Source: Thermoplasmata archaeon (GTDB lineage: Archaea > Thermoplasmatota > Thermoplasmata > RBG-16-68-12 > JAGMCJ01). Taken from it: a stretch of 64,000 nt of DNA. Below are positions 53,283 to 62,100 of the stretch, in pieces. Every line of letters begins with the position of its first letter. Within the stretch, counting starts at the first letter, position 1. Both the position numbers and the translations under genes were made by a program. The stretch is from assembly GCA_023136265.1 (NCBI GenBank), contig JAGLRN010000034.1, forward strand, positions 761 through 64,760, in the 5' to 3' direction. The notes below the pieces were generated by a model. That model saw only the letters and a list, made by a program, of their open reading frames with translations. It was not told where the DNA came from and did no database searches.

Positions 53283-53353
53283 TAGCCCCGACCGGATTTG
53301 AACCGGTGCCAAGAGGTCCAGAGCCTCTTATGCTGCCGCTACACCACGGGGCT
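53283..53353 (-). tRNA. tRNA-Gln (anticodon CTG), intronless
   Basis: Acceptor AGCCCCG/CGGGGCT, D stem GUGU/GCAU, anticodon arm AGAGG-CTCTGGA-CCTCT, T arm ACCGG-TTCAAAT-CCGGT, discriminator A. 71 nt, no encoded CCA. Confidence 0.75.
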
Positions 53354-53380
53354 AGTGCGCAGAAATAAGCCACGATTGGC

Positions 53381-53388
53381 TATAAATC
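53381..53388 (-). promoter_or_regulatory. TATA box for tRNA-Gln
   Basis: Minus-strand GATTTATAG lies 28-35 nt upstream of the tRNA 5' end, the classic archaeal spacing. Confidence 0.4.
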
Positions 53389-53426
53389 GTTTCCCTCGTG
53401 TCTCCCGGAAACGTTTTGGCGGTTCT

Positions 53427-55079
53427 CTACAGCGAGGAGACCTCTTCGAGCCGCCCGAGGACGAAGTCCCTGTCCAAAACGGAGAGGAACGGAGCCGCTC
53501 TGGGCCCCCTCTCCTTCCCTAGGAAGACAAGGTACAGGGACACGAAGAACCTCCTCGTCTTCACGGGAAGCTCACCGCTCTTCGTCAAGCGCGTCATCGC
53601 ATTCTTCAGCTCCTCCTCGGTCCAGTGAATGTCGGAGAGTGATTCGCGGAACTTCCCGAGGGCCTCTCTGTCCGTGCGTTCGAGCTTGTCCTCTATCGAG
53701 CGGATGTCTTTCAAGACGTCGATTCTAAGATCCTCTGGGGCGTGTGTCTTTGTCCAATTCTTCGAGAGCATCAGCCTTTTGGCCACCTGCTTCCTCTCAT
53801 CGTCGCTCAGCTCGGTTGCGAGGACGCCGGTGTCCCGAAGTCTTTTGATGGCCCAATCGACCGGTTCCTCGGTAGGCCCTGTCTGGGCTAGGAGGGAGGC
53901 ATGTCTGTATGGGATTCGGAATGGCACGGACGAGGGAGCCTCTTCAAGTCGTGAAAGCCCGTAGGCTCTTGCCCCGTCGTCGTCTTCGTCCTCGAAGAAC
54001 ATCCTCTCCGCCTCATCGTATCGATCGTGATAGCTGTCCACCTTGGACAGGTCCAGGACGATCCTCTTTGACGTACTGTTGAACAGGAAGACGTATCTCA
54101 GGACCTCTGGCTCCCCAACCTCGAGCCATTCCTTCGGAGTGAACCCGAGGAATCCTGAGCTGCTCATGTCGCCCAAGTCCTTGCCCTGGCTCTGCATCCC
54201 CACCCACTCGTAGGGTATCCCATACGGAGGGAGCATATCCATGACCTCACGGGCGATCTCCTTGCAGCTGTCCCTCGAACCCCCCGGAGTGGCGTGGTCC
54301 TTCCCGAAGGCCTCGATGTCGACTTCCAGGAGCCTCCACAGGGCGGGCCACTCGAGCCGCCAGTTCAGCTTCCCTTCCTCCAGTCTGGACACACCGTCGT
54401 GGCCTTCCCTGCATCTGTAGTGAACGTCTCCATCCTCTGTCATTCTCGTGGTCTCGGCCGTCCCGATCGTGTTGCACTCCGTGCAGAACGCATCGAAGGG
54501 TATCCAGCCCTCGGGGTACTTCCTCTCCCCCCTGTACTTGTTTATCAGCGGCCTCACGTCTTCGCTCTTCCTAACCAGTTCGAGGACGATTTCGCGCATC
54601 TCCTCCTTGCCGTAGACATCTCCGGTCCTCTCCAGTTCCACACCGGGTGCGAACTCTTCCATGCTGCCGCCAAAATCCTCCCAGTAGTGCTCGACCCATG
54701 AGGAGTGACATCCGGAAGGGTCAGGGACATCCTTCAGCCGCCAGCTGACGTAGTCCCTTCCCTCGTCTCCAGGGAACTGAGAGAGCTGCCCCTCCGTTCC
54801 TTTCCACGGGTCCTGCGTGTAGAGCACGAGGTACTGCGTGACGTCCTTGCCCGCCGCCCTCAGCTCTCTCGATACCGAGTTCGTGAGGACCACTTCGCCC
54901 CTGAGCCTGCCGACGTGCTGGAGCCCACTCACGGAGAGACCCGCTGAGCTATGAACGACATCCTTTCCTCGAAGGAACTCTTCGATCTGGGGGAGAAGAA
55001 CATCAAGCCAGTGCATGATTTCACGCAATCGTGCGAGCCCTGACCAGCGCCCTGAGAGGGACTCCGAGGATCTCGTCAT
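53427..55079 (-). CDS. lysK: lysyl-tRNA synthetase, class I (archaeal type)
   Basis: MHWLDVLL..., SGLQHVGRLRGEV (HIGH-like), DPSGCHSSWVEHY, KDHATPGGS, and C-terminal FLGKERGPRAAPFLSVLDRDFV all match LysK. Confidence 0.85.
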   Translation of the reverse strand: MTRSSESLSGRWSGLARLREIMHWLDVLLPQIEEFLRGKDVVHSSAGLSVSGLQHVGRLRGEVVLTNSVSRELRAAGKDVTQYLVLYTQDPWKGTEGQLSQFPGDEGRDYVSWRLKDVPDPSGCHSSWVEHYWEDFGGSMEEFAPGVELERTGDVYGKEEMREIVLELVRKSEDVRPLINKYRGERKYPEGWIPFDAFCTECNTIGTAETTRMTEDGDVHYRCREGHDGVSRLEEGKLNWRLEWPALWRLLEVDIEAFGKDHATPGGSRDSCKEIAREVMDMLPPYGIPYEWVGMQSQGKDLGDMSSSGFLGFTPKEWLEVGEPEVLRYVFLFNSTSKRIVLDLSKVDSYHDRYDEAERMFFEDEDDDGARAYGLSRLEEAPSSVPFRIPYRHASLLAQTGPTEEPVDWAIKRLRDTGVLATELSDDERKQVAKRLMLSKNWTKTHAPEDLRIDVLKDIRSIEDKLERTDREALGKFRESLSDIHWTEEELKNAMTRLTKSGELPVKTRRFFVSLYLVFLGKERGPRAAPFLSVLDRDFVLGRLEEVSSL

Positions 55080-55617
55080 TGGCTGTCTTGTTCACGAAGA
55101 CCACGGACAGGACCGGCGTTCCGCCAGCATCCTGTATGTCGTCTATGGTGCACCTTATGGTGTCGCCAGAGCTCAAGACATCGTCAACTATCACGACCTT
55201 CTTCCCGCTCGGGTCTGCGTAGTTCGAACTGAAGGCCCCGCCGCCTCGTTCCCTCTCCTGACTGGGCCTGTAGACTATGAGCTCCCGCTCAAGGTCCTCC
55301 GATATAATCGTGGCGTAGGGAATGCCGTTGATCGCAATGCCCGCAACGGAATCGAAGTCCCCATCGCTTTTCTCCATCTCCTCGAGGATGATATCAGCCA
55401 TGGCCGCGGACACGAAACCGAGCCTGCCGGCGTAAACACCAACGGATCTCCATCCGATCTTAACGTCCTTGGGGGGCTCTCCTCCCTTCATCCCTCTCGT
55501 CAGAAGCCACGTCACGGTGTTGACAGAAAGGTGGAGCTCGTCCCCAATCTCCTTCTCATTGAAGCCCTTTTTCTTGTACTCAAGGGCTTTCTTCACTAGG
55601 TCATCCAGGCTCTTCAT
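55021..55617 (-). CDS. PRTase-domain protein with N-terminal HTH (PyrE-like / GfcR-like putative regulator)
   Basis: N-terminal HTH (GFNEKEIGDELHLSVNTVTWLL) plus the PRPP motif KVVIVDDVLSSGDT. 198 aa. Overlaps the lysK start by ~59 nt. Confidence 0.6.
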   Translation of the reverse strand: MKSLDDLVKKALEYKKKGFNEKEIGDELHLSVNTVTWLLTRGMKGGEPPKDVKIGWRSVGVYAGRLGFVSAAMADIILEEMEKSDGDFDSVAGIAINGIPYATIISEDLERELIVYRPSQERERGGGAFSSNYADPSGKKVVIVDDVLSSGDTIRCTIDDIQDAGGTPVLSVVFVNKTANDEILGVPLRALVRARTIA

Positions 55618-55670
55618 GACTCTCCCTCACTCTTTGAACCTGAATTTGATACTCGGTAATAAAGATACGC

Positions 55671-57305
55671 TCAAAGCCCCAATTCCTTCAGTTGCCTGTC
55701 GAACTCCATCCGAAGGAACTTGACTGGAATGCTTCCCGCGTAGAGGATCGTGTCGTGAAAGAATTTCTCCGAGTATTCCGTGCCCATTCTCTCCTTGATT
55801 TCATCCCTCAGCTCCAAGATCAGGTGCTTGCCCAGGAGATAGCACAGTTGGTAACCTTGGTGTTGTGTGTATCTCTTCACCTCTGCCAGTGCGAAAGGCT
55901 CCTCCATTCCGACCTCGTCCATCAAGAACTTCACAGCCTCATCGAAACTCATCTTGCCTGTGCTGAGATCGATATCCACGATGATCCTAGCGGCCCGCCA
56001 GATGAGATCGATGGACTGCATGAATCTGGCCTCTGGACTGTCCTGATAGCCGTGCTCCTTCATCATCTCCTCGCAGTAGTGGGCCCACCCTTCAACTGTC
56101 TCAGTTGCTCCAATGATCGTTCTCACGATTGAGGGGTTGGCGTTTGCGCAGACGAGCTGAAGGTGATGGCCCGGATACGCTTCGTGGACCGACGTGTTCC
56201 CGATCACCGCGTAGTTGTGTTCTTTGAGCATCTCGGTTCTCTCCTCGACCGGCGTAACGAGATAGACGCCCTGTTGCTCCCGTTCGAACTTCCCGGGTGA
56301 TGAATACGCCGCGTTTGGGATCAGGTGCCTCAGGAAAGCTGGCGTTTCGATGACCTTGAGAGTTTCGGAGCTCGGCATCGTCGCTATGTTCCTGTCCACG
56401 ACAAATTTCCTCACCTGCTCGATCGACTCCCTGTAGAGCCCCATGGCCTCCTCGAAGTCCTTCGGGTGGTCTGCCTTGACGAGTTCCTTCACCTCGTCGA
56501 GGGTCGCGTCGGGTCTGATCTCCTTCGCTATCTCCTCGACCTTCCGCTTTTCCTCTTCGAGGTATCTCTTGCCGAGGGAGTATATTTCCTCGACAGGCAT
56601 CTCAATGCTTGACATTTCCAGGAGCCTCTGGAACTTCTCCGAACCGATGGCGAAGTTCTCTCTCGCGTCCGGAAGGAGCTCCTTCATCCAGGAAGCGTAG
56701 CCCTGCACCGATTCCACGGTGGTCGCAATGGCCTCCTTCAGCGCCCCAAGGTTGTTCTTGTCCAGCACCTCCTCTCCCGTTGAGGAAATGAGACTGAAGA
56801 ACCCGGGGAGGCGCTCTGCCGATTCAATCTCGTTCTCCGTCCATATTCTCACCGGATCGAGTATGCGGCTCTTGCATTGCTCCAGGTATCTGGGGGCTGC
56901 CTTGAGTCTGTTCGTGATATTCTTGAGCCGGACTGCAATCGGCGCGAAATCACGCATATAAAGGACCATGACGTGGCTCCCGATCTCGCCGGCTCCCGAA
57001 GGCGAGGACTCCCAGAACCTGAGCTCATCCAGCTGGAAGATGCCAAGGTCGAAGTTCGCCAACGCCATGAGCCTGTCCGTCCTGAAGACCTCGGAAAGCG
57101 CGCCCTCATCGAGCGACTGGAGGGCCTCCCTGAACTCCTTCAACTTCTTGATATGCCCGAGCATCGTCTCCCGCCGCCCGTCAGGCATGAGACTGTCGTA
57201 CTCGTGGAGACCGAGACTCGTTCCCCATGATGGATACATATCAAGCAAATGATCGATGACCTGTTGCACGATAACCTCCTGCTCCCTATCTGCATCTGAT
57301 TTCAC
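55671..57305 (-). CDS. DUF885-family protein (putative metallopeptidase-like, HExxPGHH motif)
   Basis: 544 aa. VHEAYPGHHLQ motif. Helical N-terminal half. 4-nt overlap with the upstream pyrK gene. Confidence 0.6.
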   Translation of the reverse strand: MKSDADREQEVIVQQVIDHLLDMYPSWGTSLGLHEYDSLMPDGRRETMLGHIKKLKEFREALQSLDEGALSEVFRTDRLMALANFDLGIFQLDELRFWESSPSGAGEIGSHVMVLYMRDFAPIAVRLKNITNRLKAAPRYLEQCKSRILDPVRIWTENEIESAERLPGFFSLISSTGEEVLDKNNLGALKEAIATTVESVQGYASWMKELLPDARENFAIGSEKFQRLLEMSSIEMPVEEIYSLGKRYLEEEKRKVEEIAKEIRPDATLDEVKELVKADHPKDFEEAMGLYRESIEQVRKFVVDRNIATMPSSETLKVIETPAFLRHLIPNAAYSSPGKFEREQQGVYLVTPVEERTEMLKEHNYAVIGNTSVHEAYPGHHLQLVCANANPSIVRTIIGATETVEGWAHYCEEMMKEHGYQDSPEARFMQSIDLIWRAARIIVDIDLSTGKMSFDEAVKFLMDEVGMEEPFALAEVKRYTQHQGYQLCYLLGKHLILELRDEIKERMGTEYSEKFFHDTILYAGSIPVKFLRMEFDRQLKELGL

Positions 57306-58084
57306 GAAATCACCTCCTTGCTTCCGTCTGCTGACCGCCTGAAAACTCCGAAATCCTCAATCTCGATGACGTCCTTGCCGTCGAACACGGGACCATCCAC
57401 GCAGACGTGCAGTCCCCCAAATGAACAGGAATCACATATTCCCATTCCACACCTCATGAACCTCTCCAGCGAGACTTGAACGGGAATCCCCTTCTCCAGG
57501 CAGGCGGTCACTATGGTCTTCATCATTCTCTCGGGCCCACAGGTGAGGACCCTATCGAAGGAACCGTCCTGGAGGACCTGCAACGCGAGGTCGGACGCGA
57601 ATCCCTTGTATTCCTTGCTCCCGTCATCCGTCGATATCCTCACGTCCGCGCCAAGACTTATCGCCCTGTCCACAAAGATCAGCTCTGACGCGGTCTTTGC
57701 CCCGATTACGATTGTTGATCTGGTCTTGTTCTCCACCGCGACCTCAAGTGCTGGCATGAGAGATGCAGCTCCAGTTCCGCCCGATACAAAGAGGATGCTT
57801 TCGCCCTCGATTCTGTAGTCCCTGCCGAAGGGTCCTCGAATACCGAGCTTGTCGCCTATCCTTGCATCATGAAGGGCCGCAGTGGCCTCACCCACGTTGT
57901 GAACGGTCACGCCCTTCAGATCCCCGATGTATGAGAAGCTCATCGGAACCTCGTCCAACCCAGGTATCCAGACCATCACGAACTGTCCGGGTCTCGCCAA
58001 GCTCTCGTCCTGGAAGCGGATGGTCACAGTGTGGGAGCACTCCACATCCGTTCTGTCGACCCTCACGATCCTAGTTCCCGTCAT
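57302..58084 (-). CDS. pyrK: dihydroorotate dehydrogenase electron-transfer subunit
   Basis: FAD/NAD-binding ferredoxin-reductase fold (RPGQFVMVWIPG, ILFVSGGTGAASL) and a C-terminal 2Fe-2S Cys cluster (CGMGICDSCS). Confidence 0.85.
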   Translation of the reverse strand: MTGTRIVRVDRTDVECSHTVTIRFQDESLARPGQFVMVWIPGLDEVPMSFSYIGDLKGVTVHNVGEATAALHDARIGDKLGIRGPFGRDYRIEGESILFVSGGTGAASLMPALEVAVENKTRSTIVIGAKTASELIFVDRAISLGADVRISTDDGSKEYKGFASDLALQVLQDGSFDRVLTCGPERMMKTIVTACLEKGIPVQVSLERFMRCGMGICDSCSFGGLHVCVDGPVFDGKDVIEIEDFGVFRRSADGSKEVIS

Positions 58085-58985
58085 GAGCTATCCCAACAAC
58101 ATCTCCAACCGATTCGTACCCGTACTCGTCCAAGAACTGCCCAATCTCCTCCACGACTCTCCCGAAGGCCTCGATCCCTCGGTAGTACGCGGCGCTTCCT
58201 ATCTGAACTGCCGTGGCACCCGCCATGAGGTATTCGAGCGCATCCTTCCCCGTGAGAATCCCGCCGACGCCTATGATGGGGATGTCGACGTTCTCATAGA
58301 GCTCGTAGACGCATCTCACGCCTATTGGCTTTATCGCAGGGCCGCTAAGGCCTCCAAATCTGTTCGAAAGGAAGGGTCTGCCAGTTTCTGGGCAAATGGC
58401 CATTGCCTTCACAGTGTTGATCGCGACTATTCCATCCCCGCGCGAGTTCGCCACCGCCAGGGCGGCATCCACGATGTCCGTGACGTTCGGAGTGATTTTG
58501 GCGAAAACTGGTACATGGACGGACTTCTTCACCGCGGAGACCACGGATCCCACGGTCTCAGGGTCCTTTCCCAGCTCCGCCCCGACGTTGCGGGCATGGG
58601 GGCAGCTGAGGTTGAGCTCTATCGCCGACACTCCCGCCTCCTCCATGAGACTGGCGATCTCGCTCATCTCCCCCTCGCTCTTTCCGAAAACGCTTCCGAT
58701 CACGGGCACTTCCGCCTGTGCTGTCACCTTGAGCTCGTCCACGTAGGCTGCGATGCCAGGGTTTGCCAGCCCCACCGCATTGATGATCCCCGCCTCCAGT
58801 TCCACGACTGTCGGATTGGGATAACCTTCCCTTGGCTCTGCGCCTATCGATTTGGTGACGACGGCACCAGCTCCTGCCTCGGCGACTCGGACGAGTGAGC
58901 TCCCCGTTTCCCCGAGAATACCAGAAGCGAGCATGACCGGATTCCTCAGTCTCAGGCCCGCGATTTCCACGCTCAGCTCGGCCAT
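58071..58985 (-). CDS. pyrD: dihydroorotate dehydrogenase catalytic subunit (class 1B)
   Basis: LRNPVMLASGILG, NAVGLANPG and the FMN-binding GGI..G.DA motif. Overlaps pyrK. Confidence 0.85.
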   Translation of the reverse strand: MAELSVEIAGLRLRNPVMLASGILGETGSSLVRVAEAGAGAVVTKSIGAEPREGYPNPTVVELEAGIINAVGLANPGIAAYVDELKVTAQAEVPVIGSVFGKSEGEMSEIASLMEEAGVSAIELNLSCPHARNVGAELGKDPETVGSVVSAVKKSVHVPVFAKITPNVTDIVDAALAVANSRGDGIVAINTVKAMAICPETGRPFLSNRFGGLSGPAIKPIGVRCVYELYENVDIPIIGVGGILTGKDALEYLMAGATAVQIGSAAYYRGIEAFGRVVEEIGQFLDEYGYESVGDVVGIAHDGN

Positions 58986-59107
58986 CGAACGGGCATAACC
59001 CCTATCAGCGTTAAAAGGCTTTTCCGAGTGCGCTCAGCAAATCTCTCTGGACACAAATGGTATAGTCATTTGGTAGATGGTACATAATCGGGTGATTTTC
59101 CGGCAAC

Positions 59108-59117
59108 GCTTAAATAC
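59108..59117 (+). promoter_or_regulatory. putative TATA box (TTAAATAC) for giant surface-protein gene
   Basis: Lies ~60 nt upstream of the first in-frame ATG (59177). The frame is opened by the TAA at 59111. Confidence 0.3.
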
Positions 59118-59176
59118 CCAGTAGGTCAATTGAAAGCAAAGACTCCAGCATACCGTCCAGAGTGAAACCTGTAAGA

Positions 59177-62100
59177 ATGCGGTTTTTCTTCGGAAGGGGG
59201 GAAGGAGTACAAAACGACGCAGAGGAGTGGGTCAATTTGACGAAATGGACTGCTATTCTACAGCAGACAAAGAGAGCCAGGTCTATATCGATAGTTGTTG
59301 TTCTTATTCTTGGCACTCTGGTAATGGCTGCACAACCGCAAGAGGAAGGTCAGGGCGAGTTGCCTACATGGCCGAATGAGACCGATTGGGTGAACTACAC
59401 CTTTGATGGAGAGAGGATCCGTGATTGGGAGGACAAACCCTACGAGACAGATCCCACACATGGTCCCGCTGATGTCAATCCAGACGCGGTGGATATTGCA
59501 TCTGGTGTTGACGCTACCGGCGGGGGTCCCGAGAACAACCCAGGTGATTACACGTCTGTCCAGTACTACTACTATGATGAGTATGGTGACAGCGATAACT
59601 TCACAAACATCGAAGACGACTGGATGTTTCTCAGGATGCGAGTCGCTGGTGATCCCAAGCACGGTGGGAAATACGCCTATAAGGCCTACCACTGGGACAT
59701 CCTCTTCGAGTTCGACTATGACGAGTGGAAGGAGCTTGTCGTCGACCTCAACGGAGGTAACGGATACTATAAGTTCGGCACAGTAGGAACCTATTACAAC
59801 AATTCGCTCACGCACCGTTATGATCCAGACAACGATTGGATATGGCGAGCGGAGGCCAGTGGGAACTTGAACAATTACACCCGAGTCACGGACATCAATT
59901 ATAGCAACGGAGATCCAGATGATGATCAATGGTGGATCGAGTACATGATACCGGTCACAGCCTTCAAGGCCGACAACGATACCCAGCTTCTAGGGAAGGA
60001 TACGTACTTCCTCCTGTTCTTCAGCACCTCTGCGTCGCTGACGAATCCTCTGCAGAAGGACTGGATGGGAGAGTTCGTGTTCGGGGAGCCGGCAAACCTG
60101 ACGGTTGCGAAGGTCGCTCAGGAGGAGATAGTCTCCCCGGGTGACACGATCCACTATACTATGTATTATAACAACACGGGAGACTTCCTATCGAAGTACG
60201 TCTGGGTGAACGACACGATTCCTGGGGGAACGACGTACGAGAGCGCCTATCCTGCTCCGGCTTCAATCGATGGGAGCGTTGTCAGATGGTTCTTCGAGGA
60301 TGTTCTTCCTGGGAACTACTCCATCCTGTTGAACGTGACGGTCGGTGCTGACATAGGTGACGGCACGATACTCACGAACTACGTCTATCTCAACTTCACG
60401 GACTCGACCGGTGGATACGTGGGCGAGGTCTGGGACAGCGTGGATGTCCTCGTAACGGGACCCACAATGGAATTCTCAAAGGCCGTCAGCATTGAGTATG
60501 CGGATCCTGGTGATACAATAACCTACACGCTCACATATTCGAACACTGGAGCGGGGACCGCCACAGACGTCACGATAGTAGACACGATCCCGCCAGAGAC
60601 CACATTCGTGGACTCAACTCCAATGTACGATGAAGTGGACGGAGACACGTACACGTGGTACATCGGGACTGTTCCGGGATATACTACTGGATATGTCTAC
60701 ATCGATGTCACAGTGGACGCCTACACTGAGAACGGAACGCTCCTCGTCAACTACGCCACCATGGACTTCGATGACGTGAACGGCAATCCGCAGGATCAGC
60801 TAGACGACTACGCAAACGTCACCGTGACCGCTCCACTCATGACTGTATCGAAGGTCGCTGATGTGGAGTATGCTGACCCAGGCGACACGATTGTTTACAC
60901 GATAACGTATGAGAACACACTGACTGGAACCGCTACGGACGTTGTCGTCGAGGATATCATACCGAGCTACACCACGCTCGTTGAGACCAATCCGATGTAC
61001 GACGACTTCGATGGAACCACAATCACGTGGCTGCTCGGAGAAGTCCCTGGAGTCTCAGGCGGAACGATTACTGTGACGGTGACAGTCGACGCCTTCACGC
61101 CAGATGAGACCGTTCTTACCAACCTTGTGATGCTCAACTACGATGACGCTAATGGCAACCCCTATCCGATGGAGAGCGACACGGCAACGGTCGTCGTGAC
61201 GGCGCCAATCATGTCGTTTTCGAAGGAAGCCGACGCAGATTACGCGGATCCGGGGGACACAATCACCTATTGGCTCAACTACTCGAACTATGGAACGGGG
61301 CTTGCGACGGATGTTACAGTCGTGGATGTGATACCCTCAGACACGACGTTCATCTCGTCCGATCCTTCGTACACATCGCATGATGGTGACACGTACACAT
61401 GGTTAGTGGGAGACGTCTCCTCCGGAGGTTCAGGCACGATAACCGTCGTGGTTCAAGTGGACGCCGGAACAGCAGACGGCACCGAACTCACCAACTACGC
61501 AACCCTGGACTACGACGACGCGAACGGGAACTCGCAGCCTCAGCTGGACGATAGTACGACTACCTTCGTCACCGCCCCAGTCATGACCGTGACCAAGACG
61601 GCCAATGTCGACTTCGCTGATCCGGGAGACCAGATAGTCTATTGGGTTTTCTATGAGAACACCGGGACCGGATGGGCGACGAATGTGGTGATACAGGACA
61701 CCATTCCCGAGCATGTAACATTCATCAGTTCCGACCCAGCGTATACGAGTGTCGATGGCAGGACCTACACGTGGGAGATTGGCGATGTTGGTCCAGGTTC
61801 CAGTGACACCATCACCATCACCGTCGAGGTCGACGCGGGAACGTCTGATGAGATCGTACTCACGAACTACGTGCTCCTCCAGTACCAGGACAACAATGGA
61901 AACGATATGCCCGATGAGGAGGACAGCGAAACGGTCACCGTGACCGCCCCTGTGATGACGTTCAGCAAGACCGCCGACGTCGACTACGCAGACCCAAGTG
62001 ACGAGATTACATACACTTTGAGCTATCAGAATGTCGGGACTGGCGTGGCAACGGATGTCGTCGTCACGGATACAATCCCAGAGCATACGTCCTATGTGAG

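Noticed and set aside
51323-53353. Mobile element or integration hotspot at the tRNA genes
   Set aside because: No integrase, transposase or recombinase gene, and no direct repeats of tRNA 3' ends were found nearby. The glnS-plus-tRNA-Gln module may be horizontally acquired, but there is no sequence evidence of a mobile element.
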